64,000 bases of DNA from Sedimentisphaerales bacterium (lineage in GTDB: Bacteria; Planctomycetota; Phycisphaerae; Sedimentisphaerales; Anaerobacaceae), in contig OY970194.1 in the NCBI GenBank assembly GCA_963708075.1, forward strand, positions 5,600,001 through 5,664,000, read 5' to 3'. A model generated the notes under the pieces. The model saw only the letters and a program-made list of their open reading frames with translations, made no database searches and was not told the origin of the DNA. Positions 9,944 to 19,676 of this stretch are shown piece by piece. The position numbers were made by a program, and so were the translations under genes. Numbering within the stretch: the stretch's first letter is position 1; the number at the start of each line of letters is the position of its first letter.

Positions 9944-10892
9944 GCCTTTTCCCCTTGCAGGCTTCGCCTGCACTCGCCATAATACCGTCAGACATGCACC
10001 TCTGATGAAGCTGCGACAAGTTGGTTGGTGGCCCATACGGGCCGGACAGATGTGGTGAGGCCAAAGAAGACGCGGGGATTTGCGGAAAGTGAAATGTGTA
10101 GGTGCGACCCCCGGTCCTCCCGAGAAGTTGGTTGGCGGCCCCCATGGGCCGGACAGATGTAGTGAGGCTGAAAGATGACGCGGAGATTTGCAGAAAGTGA
10201 AATGTGTAGGTGTGACTCTCAACTTGCTCGGTGGCTTTTTTGTTGGTGCCGCCCCATTGTTTGAAGAAGAAGGGGGCTTTGGCGGCTATGCACTGGTCGC
10301 GGATGTCGATTACCCACTCGTGCGGCATGGGGCGAGCGCCGGGGCCGGACTCGCCGCCTAAGATGGCCCAGCCGATATCGGTGAGGTCGATGTTGGGGAT
10401 GGGACTCAACACGGGTTCGAGCGAGAGGAACTTCACCGCCGCGCCGGTTTGTCTCAGGTGGTCGATGCGGTAGGTGTAGTCGCTGTTCTCGACGGTGACG
10501 CCCATCCAGACGTTGTCGGGCCATGTCAGGCGGGGGCTGAGCTCTTTCAGTCTCTCGGAGCGTTTTGTCAGGATCTGGAAACGGTGCTGGTGGGCGCGGC
10601 GCATCACGTCGAAGACCTGCTGGATGAAGTCGAAGGGTACGTCTTTGTGGAACAGGTCGCTCATCGAGTTGACGAAGATCGAGCGGGGCTGTCGCCAGTG
10701 CAGCGGCAATTCGAGCATGTGCGCGTGAAGGGTGAGGCGGAACCCGTTGCGGTAGTTCGGCTGGCCCATCGCCTGCAGCCGGCGGGCCATCCGCTTGGCG
10801 TAGCAGTTCTGGCAGCCGGGGCTGACCTTTGTGCAGCCGGTCACCGGGTTCCATGTACATTCGGTCCATTCGATTTTCGAGTTTGCAGCCAT
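9939..10892 (-). CDS. Phage Gp37/Gp68-family (DUF5131) protein; native C-terminus replaced after ~10228 by repeat-derived sequence
   Basis: '[26 protein letters not shown]', [29 protein letters not shown] and FFFKQWGG, after which similarity ends. Confidence 0.88.
   Translation of the reverse strand: MAANSKIEWTECTWNPVTGCTKVSPGCQNCYAKRMARRLQAMGQPNYRNGFRLTLHAHMLELPLHWRQPRSIFVNSMSDLFHKDVPFDFIQQVFDVMRRAHQHRFQILTKRSERLKELSPRLTWPDNVWMGVTVENSDYTYRIDHLRQTGAAVKFLSLEPVLSPIPNIDLTDIGWAILGGESGPGARPMPHEWVIDIRDQCIAAKAPFFFKQWGGTNKKATEQVESHTYTFHFLQISASSFSLTTSVRPMGAANQLLGRTGGRTYTFHFPQIPASSLASPHLSGPYGPPTNLSQLHQRCMSDGIMASAGEACKGKRR
10018..10216. repeat. Imperfect tandem duplication, two ~91-bp units (10018-10108 and 10125-10216)
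   Basis: Both units read AAGTTGGTTGG...GGGCCGGACAGATGT.GTGAGGC...AAAGTGAAATGTGTAGGTG.GAC. Confidence 0.9.
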
Positions 10893-10918
10893 GCACCTGC
10901 CTTACATGAGTCTGTCCT

Positions 10919-10947
10919 ATTGTACGCGCAAATGAGTGAGCAATCAA
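10919..10947 (-). promoter_or_regulatory. Putative sigma70 promoter of the DUF5131 gene
   Basis: TTGATT-17 bp-TACAAT on the minus strand. Confidence 0.55.
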
Positions 10948-11245
10948 CTATACGAAGAAAATCGGAGGCCAGGTCAGCCTCAGGTTAAGCTCCGGTGGAC
11001 ATCTTGTCTGCCGGAGGAACAGGACGGGATCGTTTGTTTCCGGGGTGAAGAAGGGCAGGCAATCAGTTGTCAGTTCACGGTTGTTAGTTCTCAGTTGACG
11101 GATTTCCTCTCCGTGACCTCAGTGCCCCCCGCCTGCGCGAGGGCAAGCCTCCGTGGTTAGAGACGCATTTCATTGTTCCTAACCTCTGTGCCACAAAGGC
11201 GTTACGGTATGGGCGGAAAAATTTGATGATTTTTGAACTATTGTA

Positions 11246-11275
11246 TGGACAATGGATCATAGCAGGGCTATGATC
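11246..11275 (+). promoter_or_regulatory. Putative sigma70 promoter with overlapping inverted repeat, upstream of the HNH-AP2 gene
   Basis: TGGACA-17 bp-TATGAT; perfect IR GATCATAGC/GCTATGATC at 11255-11275 covers the -10. Confidence 0.6.
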
Positions 11276-11340
11276 ATGGTTGATGTATGAGGGTTGATGG
11301 TTGCTGTGTCAAATGAGCGAGGACCTGTTCAACGGCATAA

Positions 11341-11378
11341 ATCAAACATCAAACATCAAACATCAAAAATCAACCATC
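11341..11378. repeat. Heptamer tandem repeat (ATCAAAC)n in the leader of the HNH-AP2 gene
   Basis: ATCAAAC x3, then ATCAAAA and ATCAACC. Confidence 0.85.
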
Positions 11379-11403
11379 ACACTTGATTTGAGAGGGGCGA
11401 ATC

Positions 11404-12222
11404 ATGGCCAAGCAGGCGACTTGTCACACGTGTGTTTATGCTCACTGGGACCGGGCGGCGTGGCTGCGGAGCCTGGGGTCGGGGTGGCCGGCACGGCCGA
11501 CGTGCGGGAACCAGCCGGACTCGTACGGGCGATTGAAAGAGTGTCCCTGGGGCACGACCTGCCGGAACTACCGGGCCTGGCCGCCCGTGCCCACAGGCGA
11601 CGGCGTCAAGACGATCCCGCTGGGCGGCGGGTTGTATGCCTATGTGGATGCCGAGGATTACGAGTGGCTCAATCAGTGGCGCTGGCGGGTGTACGGCAAC
11701 GGGTACGCCGGGCGACGCGAGAACGGCAAGGGGATCTTCATGCACCGCGAAATCATGAAGCCCCCGAAGGGCAAGGTCGTGGACCACATCAGTGGCAATA
11801 AGCTCGACGACACCCGGGCCAATCTGCGCAACATCACGCAAGGACAGAACATTCGCAACAAAGCCAAGTGCTTTGGCAGCACCTCCATCTATAAAGGCGT
11901 CTACTACGACGAGAAGCGACACCGATGGGAGGCGCACATCTGCTTCGGTAACAGGAATCTCTTCCTTGGGCGCTTTGACAGCGAGGTGGAGGCGGCGCGC
12001 GCCTATGATCGCGCGGCGGTCGGGGCATTTGGGGAGTTCGCCCGGCTGAACTTCCCCGAGGGGTGGCCGGCCAAGAGGATACGGGAGGTTCACGCTCAAT
12101 GGCTGCGGGAGCAGGCCCGGCAAAAACGCAAGGCAAGGGCCGCAACCGCGAAGGCCAGGACGCGGACCAAAGCGCCGCGCGCAGAGCGCCGAAGAAGGCC
12201 GCGGGAAAAGCGAAGCGCGTGA
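11404..12222 (+). CDS. HNH endonuclease with AP2 DNA-binding domain, Cys-rich N-terminus and basic tail
   Basis: HNH 'VVDHISGNKLDDTRANLR...QNIRN'; AP2 'SIYKGVYY...RWEAHI...LGRFDSEVEAARAYDRAA...GEFARLNFP'. Confidence 0.9.
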   Translation: MAKQATCHTCVYAHWDRAAWLRSLGSGWPARPTCGNQPDSYGRLKECPWGTTCRNYRAWPPVPTGDGVKTIPLGGGLYAYVDAEDYEWLNQWRWRVYGNGYAGRRENGKGIFMHREIMKPPKGKVVDHISGNKLDDTRANLRNITQGQNIRNKAKCFGSTSIYKGVYYDEKRHRWEAHICFGNRNLFLGRFDSEVEAARAYDRAAVGAFGEFARLNFPEGWPAKRIREVHAQWLREQARQKRKARAATAKARTRTKAPRAERRRRPREKRSA

Positions 12223-12276
12223 CAGAACGATCTTCACGGCGCGGCCTCGCTTCGCCCAGCCGCAAGTAAAACGGTT

Positions 12277-12380
12277 TCGCGCAGAGACGCGGAGACGCAG
12301 AGATCGGAGAACACAAATGGTTTTCCCACCCAGCGTCCCCATTCGACTTCGCTCAGGGCAGGCTCTGCGTCTCTGCGCGA
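12277..12380. repeat. Inverted repeat between convergent genes (TCGCGCAGAGACGCGGAG / CTCTGCGTCTCTGCGCGA)
   Basis: 18-bp arms with one mismatch; the same arm motif recurs near 53950-54025. Confidence 0.7.
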
Positions 12381-12402
12381 GACAAAATTCTTAGGGTTTG
12401 CA

Positions 12403-15400
12403 CTACTTGTGTGCCGTGCCGGGTGTGCCGAACAGAGTCACGGCCCGCCAATTCTTGCCGAGATTGTTGTCGCTGGATACATCCATCAATTCAATGGTGT
12501 ATCCGGTTCCCCGGGCCGTCTGCGGCCAGGGAGCGACCGATCTGTAATCAACCCGGTCGATGACCTTGTTCTTTGGGTCCAGGACACGAAGGGATTCCCC
12601 ATCGCCGCTGAGTCCAAACCCAAGATTCCCCAGGCGGTCCTTGACATTGGGATGGATGGCTTTGAACTTGATTCTGTCCTCGCACAATACCAGATAGCTA
12701 TTGGGCCAGAGTACGGTGTCTGCAGGAAATGGATACGCGTGTCCCGCGCCGTCGGTGAGCTGCCATCCCGTCAGGTCGATGGCGGTGGCGGTACGATTGT
12801 ACATCTCAATCCAGTCGTCGCTGTCCGCCTCGGGGGCGGACGCGAAGTTGATTTCCGTGATGACGATCGGATCTGCGATGGTCGTGGCGGCCGCATTAAG
12901 AAAGGCGGTGAGTTGAACGTCGCCCGAAGGTGTGATCTTGATCTCGGGGGTATCGACCCGCTTCGTTTGAGCGACGGCAGAGGTTTCGCCGGACAGGGAA
13001 CAGTCGAAGCTGATGTCGGAGCTGCCCCTGCCGCTCTGGTGGATCTCCACGGCCAGGGTGTTGACGCCGGACTTCAAGTGAGCGGGAGAGACTTGAAACT
13101 CGGCAAAGCTGTTTTCATTCCCCTGAGAGGCCGGTGTCGCGGAATAAATGCTTCCTGATGGCATGCCGAAGCGTGCGATTTCCCGGCCGTTCAGATAGGC
13201 CACGGCCCCGTCATCCACCAGTAGAAAAAGCGACAACGAATGAAAACGTGTGATGTCGGTCAGCTCGAACGACTTGCGAAAATAGGTGGTGATATACTTG
13301 CGGTTCGCATCCCCGCCGTAGCCGACCACCGTGGCTTCATCTCCATCGCCGTAGCCGAGTTGGGCCGGGCCGGAGGGCCATGCCGTGTCGTTATAACCTG
13401 TCTGCTGCCATGCGGCGCCAAGGTCCGCTCCGGTGTCCGAGTATTTCCAGACGGATCCCGTGGACACAAGTTTCTCTGATGAGACCACAGTGGATGCAGC
13501 TTCCCAATGCGAGAAGGTGTACCCCAACCCGGGTGTCGCACGTACGACGATGGGAATATCGTTGAAGTACATCCCCCGGAATCCGTCGCGGAGTCGCTTG
13601 CCGTTGATTTGAAGCACGGCGGAATCCGGGACGTGCAGATCGAGGCGGATCTCGGAAGTCCCGCTCAACCCGAAGTGGTCGAGAACATGGCGTGTGGTCC
13701 TGGCGGGCCGCTCCACGGCAAAGACTCGCATCTCGTCGACATTCTGTTCCCAGGCCGCCATGGAGTCGAATGTAGGATTGATCCAGGTCTCCAGTGCATC
13801 GGGATCTTTCTGTCCTCCCCATCGGGTGATATGTCGCGGCATCTCGGGCGCCAGCGCCCCTGGAATTGATCGACGAATCCCACCAGACGCTCCGGATTGA
13901 AGGTGGTATTCATGTGATAGGCATAACGCTGGACAAACTCATTGCGAAAGCCTTCATTCTTCAGCAGGTTTCTGAATAGGCGTGTGGACCACTCCGAATT
14001 GGGCCAGCCTGTGCCCAAGGCGGTAGTCGTTCTCTCGATCATGTCCTCTTCGACCCACCCCAGGTCGAAGGATTGATCCATGTCGTAGTTGATCCACCGC
14101 CACCGCGCATGAGGTCCCGAGTCTGCCCGCCAGTATTTGACGTTGTTGCTGGGCCAATCCCTCTCCGCCAGGTAGATGTGGCCGATCATGTAGTCGATAT
14201 ACTGGTCGATGTCCATCTGAGCTTTGACGACCTCGTAGTGCGCGGGATCGGCCATGTCATGGGTGTTGGCGTAGTTCACCATGGCCGCGTAGCCGGAATC
14301 GGTCCCTACGAGAACGACGCTGTTGCCTCCCAGCAGATTCACTTCCTCCGGGTCAATGCCGAAGTTCCCGGCGACGTAGTGCTCATTGGTCTTCTCGCGA
14401 ATATTGTGGATGCCCCAGTATTGGCCGTTGATGAAAACGACCGCCGGGCGGTAGGCCTGAACGTCAACGTCCATGTATTCCACCAACACCATTTGTGATA
14501 TGGCATCACGGAAAAAGGTGTGTACCTGATCATCTCCCGAACATCTCAGGATGAAGGATTCAAAACGGTCGATATCCTTGTCCGGGAAGAGTTGATACTG
14601 AAATGACCCTTTGCCATACGCCTGGCGTGCGAACAGGGCCAACGCTCTCTGAGGATATCGGTGACGCGAACAACCGCCATGGATTTTCACGCCGGCGGGC
14701 TGATTGAAGCCCAGGCTCCCGTCCATTTCATACAGCTCAATATTCACAGGTCGTTCCCAATCCTGCTTCACATTGCTGATGGTGCTGTCACAGTAGCTAT
14801 CCTTTCCGTTAGTGCCGGTCACGTAAATCCCGCGTTCGTCGCTGAAGAAATTGTCCGGGTCCGTGACAATCGAGATGAAGGGAAGATGGACCGCCTCATC
14901 GATAAAATAGGTGTGCGTGACAACCGCACTGGGTGCAGCACCGTGTTTGTAGCCGATGGCGCGGACCGCCGTGGTGGCCTTCAGAGTGATCGGGGCCCGA
15001 TAGGGTAAGGCGCTGTCATCCGGCGGTGTCCCGTCGAGGGAATAGTAGATATCGATCTGCCCGGAATTCTGGAAGCGGAGCGTCTGGGTTCCCTGGTAGA
15101 ACCCTCCCGTGATTGAGAAAATCGGCTGTGGCGTCACCTGCACGCTATCTTGAGGGTCATTGGCTGCCCCGGGGCTGGGTGGACTGAAAAAGCTCCACTG
15201 ATCCGCATCGTTTGCCAGACGCCCGTACGACATATCATCCTGCTGCGCGTCGAAGCTCAGCGTATCCACGGGAGCGCCACCCGGCGCATACAGGCCGAGT
15301 TGCTCCCCTTCTTTGTCCAGCTTGAAATTCGTGTGGAGTCCGGTATTGCGACCATCGGCCCACAGGAGAAGAAAGCCGGTTCCAGGAATCCGGGTTCCGT

Positions 15401-15698
15401 CCGGGATCCGCCACTTCAACGGCTCATCCAGGTCATCGGTCAGGTAGTAGCCGCCAAGGTCCACGGCTCCGGGGGTCGTGTTGTGCAGTTCGATCCAGTC
15501 GGAGAATTCCTTGTACTGGGGATCCGTGTTCACCGTTTGGTTGGACGTGAGAAACTCACTGATCACGATCTCGGGCGGTTGACCCCACGTTGTCGTATGA
15601 AGGACGAGAAGGACATGCAGGCTCAACGCGAATTGTGCACGTGTATTCAAGGCAAACGCTCCCTCTAAAATATCCATGAATGAACGACATCGCCGCAA
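12403..15698 (-). CDS. CotH kinase-family protein with lamin-tail domains and chitobiase/FN3-like domain; frameshift near 13857 joins ORFs 13665-15698 and 12403-13842
   Basis: LTD motifs (IVISEF..N, DWIELHN; VITEINF...DWIEMYN); CotH motifs (INGQYWGIHNIRE, DWPSNN, DMD). One added G in the G-run restores 'FQGALAPEMPRHITRWG'. Confidence 0.8.
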
Positions 15699-15952
15699 CG
15701 ACGTCGCTCCAGATCAGGCCGCCGCATCACCGCGGCCAACTCAGCCGGACCTGAAAGTCCATTGAACTCATCTGAGAGCGAAAGACACAGGGGTTTCCAG
15801 CGTGTTTGTCGAGAGGATCAAACCTAGAAGGATTGTTGCCGGGGGAGGCTGAATGCAAGGCGATTGCTTAGTCGCGTTTGGGGCGGGTATCGGGGAAAAT
15901 GCGGGAAATCGTTACCGATGGCTGCAAGGGGGATATAGATAAGGAGAGAACA

Positions 15953-16639
15953 ATGGTTACTCAGATGCAATTGGAACGGCTGCCTTTGATCGGGGATAAG
16001 GCGCCGGCGTTCGTGGCGGACAGCACACGGGGGACGATCCATTTTCCGGACGACTTCAAGGGCAAGTGGGTGATTTTCTTCTCGCACCCGTCGGACTTCA
16101 CGCCGGTGTGCACGACGGAGTTCATGGCGTTCGCGGCGATGGCGGAGGAGTTCCGGGAGCTTGATACCGAACTGATGGGGCTGTCGATCGACAGCACGTA
16201 CAGTCACATCGCCTGGCTGCGGACGATCCAGGACAGGATCGAGTACAAGGGACTGAAGCACGTCGAGGTGACGTTCCCGGTGATCAGCGACGTGACGATG
16301 GAGATTTCGCGGCTGTACGGCATGCTCCAGCCGGGGGCAAGCACGACCCAGGCCGTCCGCGCAACCTTCATCATCGATCCCCGGACGACGGTCCGGGCCA
16401 TCCTGTTTTACCCGCTGACCAACGGGCGCAACGTCGAGGAGATCAAACGCCTGCTGATCGCGATGCAGCACACCGATGAATACAAGATCGCCACGCCGGT
16501 GAACTGGCAGCCGGGCGAGGACGTTATCATCCCGCCTCCGGGCTCGTTCGACGCGGCAGAGGAACGCATAGAGAAAGCCGGGGACGAATACCAATGCCTG
16601 GACTGGTTCCTGTGCCTCAAGCAGGACCCGCACAAGTGA
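15953..16639 (+). CDS. Peroxiredoxin (Prx6/archaeal-type AhpC family)
   Basis: 'FSHPSDFTPVCTTEF', 'ATPVNWQPG', C-terminal 'CLDWFLC'; AAGGAG RBS. Confidence 0.93.
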   Translation: MVTQMQLERLPLIGDKAPAFVADSTRGTIHFPDDFKGKWVIFFSHPSDFTPVCTTEFMAFAAMAEEFRELDTELMGLSIDSTYSHIAWLRTIQDRIEYKGLKHVEVTFPVISDVTMEISRLYGMLQPGASTTQAVRATFIIDPRTTVRAILFYPLTNGRNVEEIKRLLIAMQHTDEYKIATPVNWQPGEDVIIPPPGSFDAAEERIEKAGDEYQCLDWFLCLKQDPHK

Positions 16640-16725
16640 CCGGGGACGGTCCGCTGGGCCGCCGTGACATGCAGGGCAATATCATTCTTTCTCTGATGCC
16701 TGCCTTTGAATGAAGCGCATCTCTA

Positions 16726-17145
16726 TCAGAGCCCGTTGATCCTCTGGTACTGAGTCGCTTCGAAATTCCTTGCCATCGTCCACACGGCGGCCCTGCACTG
16801 TGTCACGCGAAAGACCGCAAGCAGGCCGTAGCCATGCTTCTCGATCCACGATTTCATGAAAGGCCGGGCCTCGACGATCTCCTTCTTGAGATCCATGTCC
16901 TCCACGATCTCGGCGACACCGGCAATCCGCACCTGGGTATCCTGGCTGTTGAAGCACACCTCCACCCGCCTGTTCGCGAGCAGTTGTCTGCAGACCGCCT
17001 TGGGCCGGCCCGTATGAAAGATCAGGCCCGACGCATCCGCGCGGTACAGCATCATGCCGCGCACTCGCGGCTGGCTCCCCTCACAAGTAGCCAGATGGCA
17101 CACAGGATGAGCGTTCAGGAATTCCAGAATCTGCTCTCGATTCAT
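16726..17145 (-). CDS. Pyridoxamine 5'-phosphate oxidase-like FMN-binding protein
   Basis: 'HLATCEGSQPRVRGM...FHTG..K..RQL..N..VEVCF...QVRIAG'. Confidence 0.85.
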   Translation of the reverse strand: MNREQILEFLNAHPVCHLATCEGSQPRVRGMMLYRADASGLIFHTGRPKAVCRQLLANRRVEVCFNSQDTQVRIAGVAEIVEDMDLKKEIVEARPFMKSWIEKHGYGLLAVFRVTQCRAAVWTMARNFEATQYQRINGL

Positions 17146-17235
17146 CCTAGCTCTTTCGGGACGATGGCCGTTTCCACGAGGATTTGGGAACTGGCTCTCG
17201 AACAAATGGTTTCCCGCACTTCCTTCACAATTGGG

Positions 17236-18444
17236 TCAGGATTCATGGCTTGCTGTATCTCGCAGGACTGCCTCAATCCGTTGATGGATGACGTCTTGGT
17301 TTGCCCGTATTGACCGCGCATACGCCACGATGGTCTCAACCAAACGCTTCGGCGAAATGTTTCCCAATCGCTTCGACCGGTAGAAGAACACTCCGCTGTA
17401 CTGGTTGAACTCTGCGTTTGTGGGATACTCTCCTGACCCATCGGGCAGCCGTCCAAAGTCGAACCAAAGCTTACCGCCGCCACCGTGTTGCCAGAGCGCT
17501 TTGGCGATTTCAATTGCCCTATTCTTGTGCTCGCCTGCAACTTCAACGACGAGCCGGAACTGATTCCCCTGCACTTGGATACCCAAGATCACCGGATTGC
17601 CGAGACGATGCTTGTCTATCACGAAATACTTGAGATCAAATAGCCCTACTCCACGCGTCAGATCAGTGCAAAGGAGCACCGAGCCTGCTTGTCCGTCATG
17701 TCCATCGCGCAGCTTCTCATGGAGAACGGCCGGAAATCCATCACCGCGAAGCGCATCTCCGACGCGTCGCTCCAACTGGGCGTAACGTATTTTGTCAATC
17801 AGGTCATGCAAACGGACGGCCTTGAGGCATTTGATGTCATTTCTGGCGAGGAAGAAGTCCTCCTGTTCGTTGTCCCAATCGATGGCGAATCGCATCTGGA
17901 GCGCATCGAGGTGAGTAATGAAGTCGATGTAGTCACGCAGCAATTGGCCGTGATAGCTGTCGACCCTCTCACTGTGCGGAAGAAGATCAAGGAGCTTGCC
18001 TGCCAACTCACGATAGGTGAGGTACTGCCACACAGTACCATCGGAAAGTCGGATGGCCGTTTCGTTGAGAGGCAAGAATGTGGGCCGGGTCAAGCTTAGA
18101 AGTAAGAAACCGGTCTGCTCCTTCTCCGGAAATCTCGCTGCGTACTCTTCCAACTGCTGCTTCGCGGGGAGGCTCTTCACCTTGTTCTCGATCACCAGTT
18201 GTGCGCCACCCGGATACGTCAACAGCAGATCGATGTTGTGTGATTCGCGACAGACGGTCAGATCTTCGCAGGTTAGAGGGGGGCGAGGAAGAAAGGCTGC
18301 AAAAAGGCGTCCGGCACGGTCGGAGTAAGCCTCGCACAACCATGCAAGGAGGTTGCTGTGAAAGAGTTCTTTGGAAGCAAGCGAGAGCTGGAACAACGGC
18401 GATTGCTTCAAGCCGCTGACGATCTGATCGAGTTTGTGGCTCAT
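17236..18444 (-). CDS. PD-(D/E)XK nuclease family protein
   Basis: 'SKELFHSNLLAWL', 'RE..NIDLLL', 'LVIENKVKS...QLEEY'. Confidence 0.8.
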   Translation of the reverse strand: MSHKLDQIVSGLKQSPLFQLSLASKELFHSNLLAWLCEAYSDRAGRLFAAFLPRPPLTCEDLTVCRESHNIDLLLTYPGGAQLVIENKVKSLPAKQQLEEYAARFPEKEQTGFLLLSLTRPTFLPLNETAIRLSDGTVWQYLTYRELAGKLLDLLPHSERVDSYHGQLLRDYIDFITHLDALQMRFAIDWDNEQEDFFLARNDIKCLKAVRLHDLIDKIRYAQLERRVGDALRGDGFPAVLHEKLRDGHDGQAGSVLLCTDLTRGVGLFDLKYFVIDKHRLGNPVILGIQVQGNQFRLVVEVAGEHKNRAIEIAKALWQHGGGGKLWFDFGRLPDGSGEYPTNAEFNQYSGVFFYRSKRLGNISPKRLVETIVAYARSIRANQDVIHQRIEAVLRDTASHES

Positions 18445-18668
18445 CAGGTCTCCATCGCCTGGTAGACTCTGCCGTGCTGTTGAAGCCATTCGATGTCTCC
18501 GCGTTCGGCGTGTTCTTCAACATCATGCAGCAGTTGCAAGATCTCGGCTTCATAGCAGGGCTCCCTCCCATCATCCTCCGGGATGACAGCCTCAACCTCC
18601 ACCGCCACCACAAGACTATGCGTCCGAACCAGCCGCATGCGAGGCACTCGCTTACCGGGAATTCTCAT
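18444..18668 (-). CDS. Small conserved hypothetical protein (74 aa), TA-neighbourhood type
   Basis: MRIPGKRVPRMRLVRTHSLVVAVEVE...RGDIEWLQQHGRVY; its stop overlaps the next start (TGATG). Confidence 0.6.
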   Translation of the reverse strand: MRIPGKRVPRMRLVRTHSLVVAVEVEAVIPEDDGREPCYEAEILQLLHDVEEHAERGDIEWLQQHGRVYQAMET

Positions 18669-18679
18669 GGGCACCACCT

Positions 18680-18928
18680 TCACAGCGCGGCCGCGTGGTT
18701 CTTGGCATTCTGGATGACGATCTTGGGGTCCGGGTTGTTCTCCGGCACAGGAAGGCCCTGCTCCCTCAGCAATTCGACGTGTTCTTTCATTCCCCACTTG
18801 GTTTTGTACAGGCAGTCCTCGATGGAGTGCCCGATGCCGGTGAAGCCTTCCAGGTCGGGGGAGTAGAAGCCAAAGTAGTCCGGCTCTTCCGTAGCTTCGA
18901 TCACTAACGAGTATGGCAATTCAATCAT
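18680..18928 (-). CDS. HicB-like antitoxin (no adjacent HicA)
   Basis: 'YSLVIE...YSPDLEGFTGIGHSIEDCL...EHVELLREQGLPVP' HicB pattern; GAGGTG RBS. Confidence 0.75.
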   Translation of the reverse strand: MIELPYSLVIEATEEPDYFGFYSPDLEGFTGIGHSIEDCLYKTKWGMKEHVELLREQGLPVPENNPDPKIVIQNAKNHAAAL

Positions 18929-18939
18929 TTCATCACCTC

Positions 18940-19236
18940 TCAGCGGCGACCACGCCAATAGAAGGGACGCCTCTTGTGATGCGCCACTGCCAATATCCTG
19001 ATTTCATCTGGCCGGATCGAATAGACCAGCGAGTATGGGAACTTGGCGATAGACCTTTTTCTGACACGCCCTTGGACAAGCGGCGCCGCCTCCGGGAATT
19101 CAGAAATGCCCCGAATCGTGCGTTCGATCTCGCCGATGAATGCGGTGCCGAGACCCGAGCTCTGCATGTCGTAGAAATCCGCGGCCTCGTTGATCTCCAC
19201 CTCGGCGGCCTCATGGATGACGAGCAATCGACTCAT
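18940..19236 (-). CDS. RelE/ParE family toxin
   Basis: 'H..AEVEINEAADFY...GLG..F','FPYSLVY','ILAVAHHKRRPFYW'. Confidence 0.9.
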   Translation of the reverse strand: MSRLLVIHEAAEVEINEAADFYDMQSSGLGTAFIGEIERTIRGISEFPEAAPLVQGRVRKRSIAKFPYSLVYSIRPDEIRILAVAHHKRRPFYWRGRR

Positions 19237-19457
19237 TTCCGCCGGGCCCGCGAGCGGTCGAGCACTTCGTCTGCTGGATGGGCACGCGCTGCACCGCTAT
19301 CCAGTTCCTCATCGCGGCGAATGGCCTCGTCCAGCCATAGCTTCTCGATTTCAGCCTCGCTCAGGGTGTCCAGGCTGGCCAACAACTCGCGGGCGAGATA
19401 GGCACGCGTCTGGGGGTCCAGGCGAAGGGCCTCTGCCTTCAGTTCGTCAACGCTCAT
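19233..19457 (-). CDS. Addiction-module antitoxin (TIGR02574-like)
   Basis: 'EALRLDPQTRAYLARELLASLD...IEKLWLDEAIRRDEE'; ATGA overlap with the toxin gene. Confidence 0.88.
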   Translation of the reverse strand: MSVDELKAEALRLDPQTRAYLARELLASLDTLSEAEIEKLWLDEAIRRDEELDSGAARAHPADEVLDRSRARRK

Positions 19458-19676
19458 ATGTACGGCTCCAAATTGCGACCGTGATCTTTCCCTAGCTTAT
19501 GTCTTTGAGGATAGCACACCATGACGAGCAAAGCAACGGGCATGGCAGAAGACATGCAGAACCGGGTCCTTCAGTGGTGATTCCTTTTGATTTGACGGGG
19601 GGCGGGTGGCGGTTTAGACTCTGGGCGTGAGAAGGTCCGTTCGGATGGCTGATTTGGGTTTGTGAGGAGAAACGTC

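Noticed and set aside
9939..12222. Prophage (Gp37/Gp68 plus HNH-AP2)
   Set aside because: No integrase, terminase, structural or replication genes nearby.
17142..19560. Integron cassette array
   Set aside because: Genes overlap or are ~11 bp apart, leaving no room for attC sites; no integron integrase is seen.
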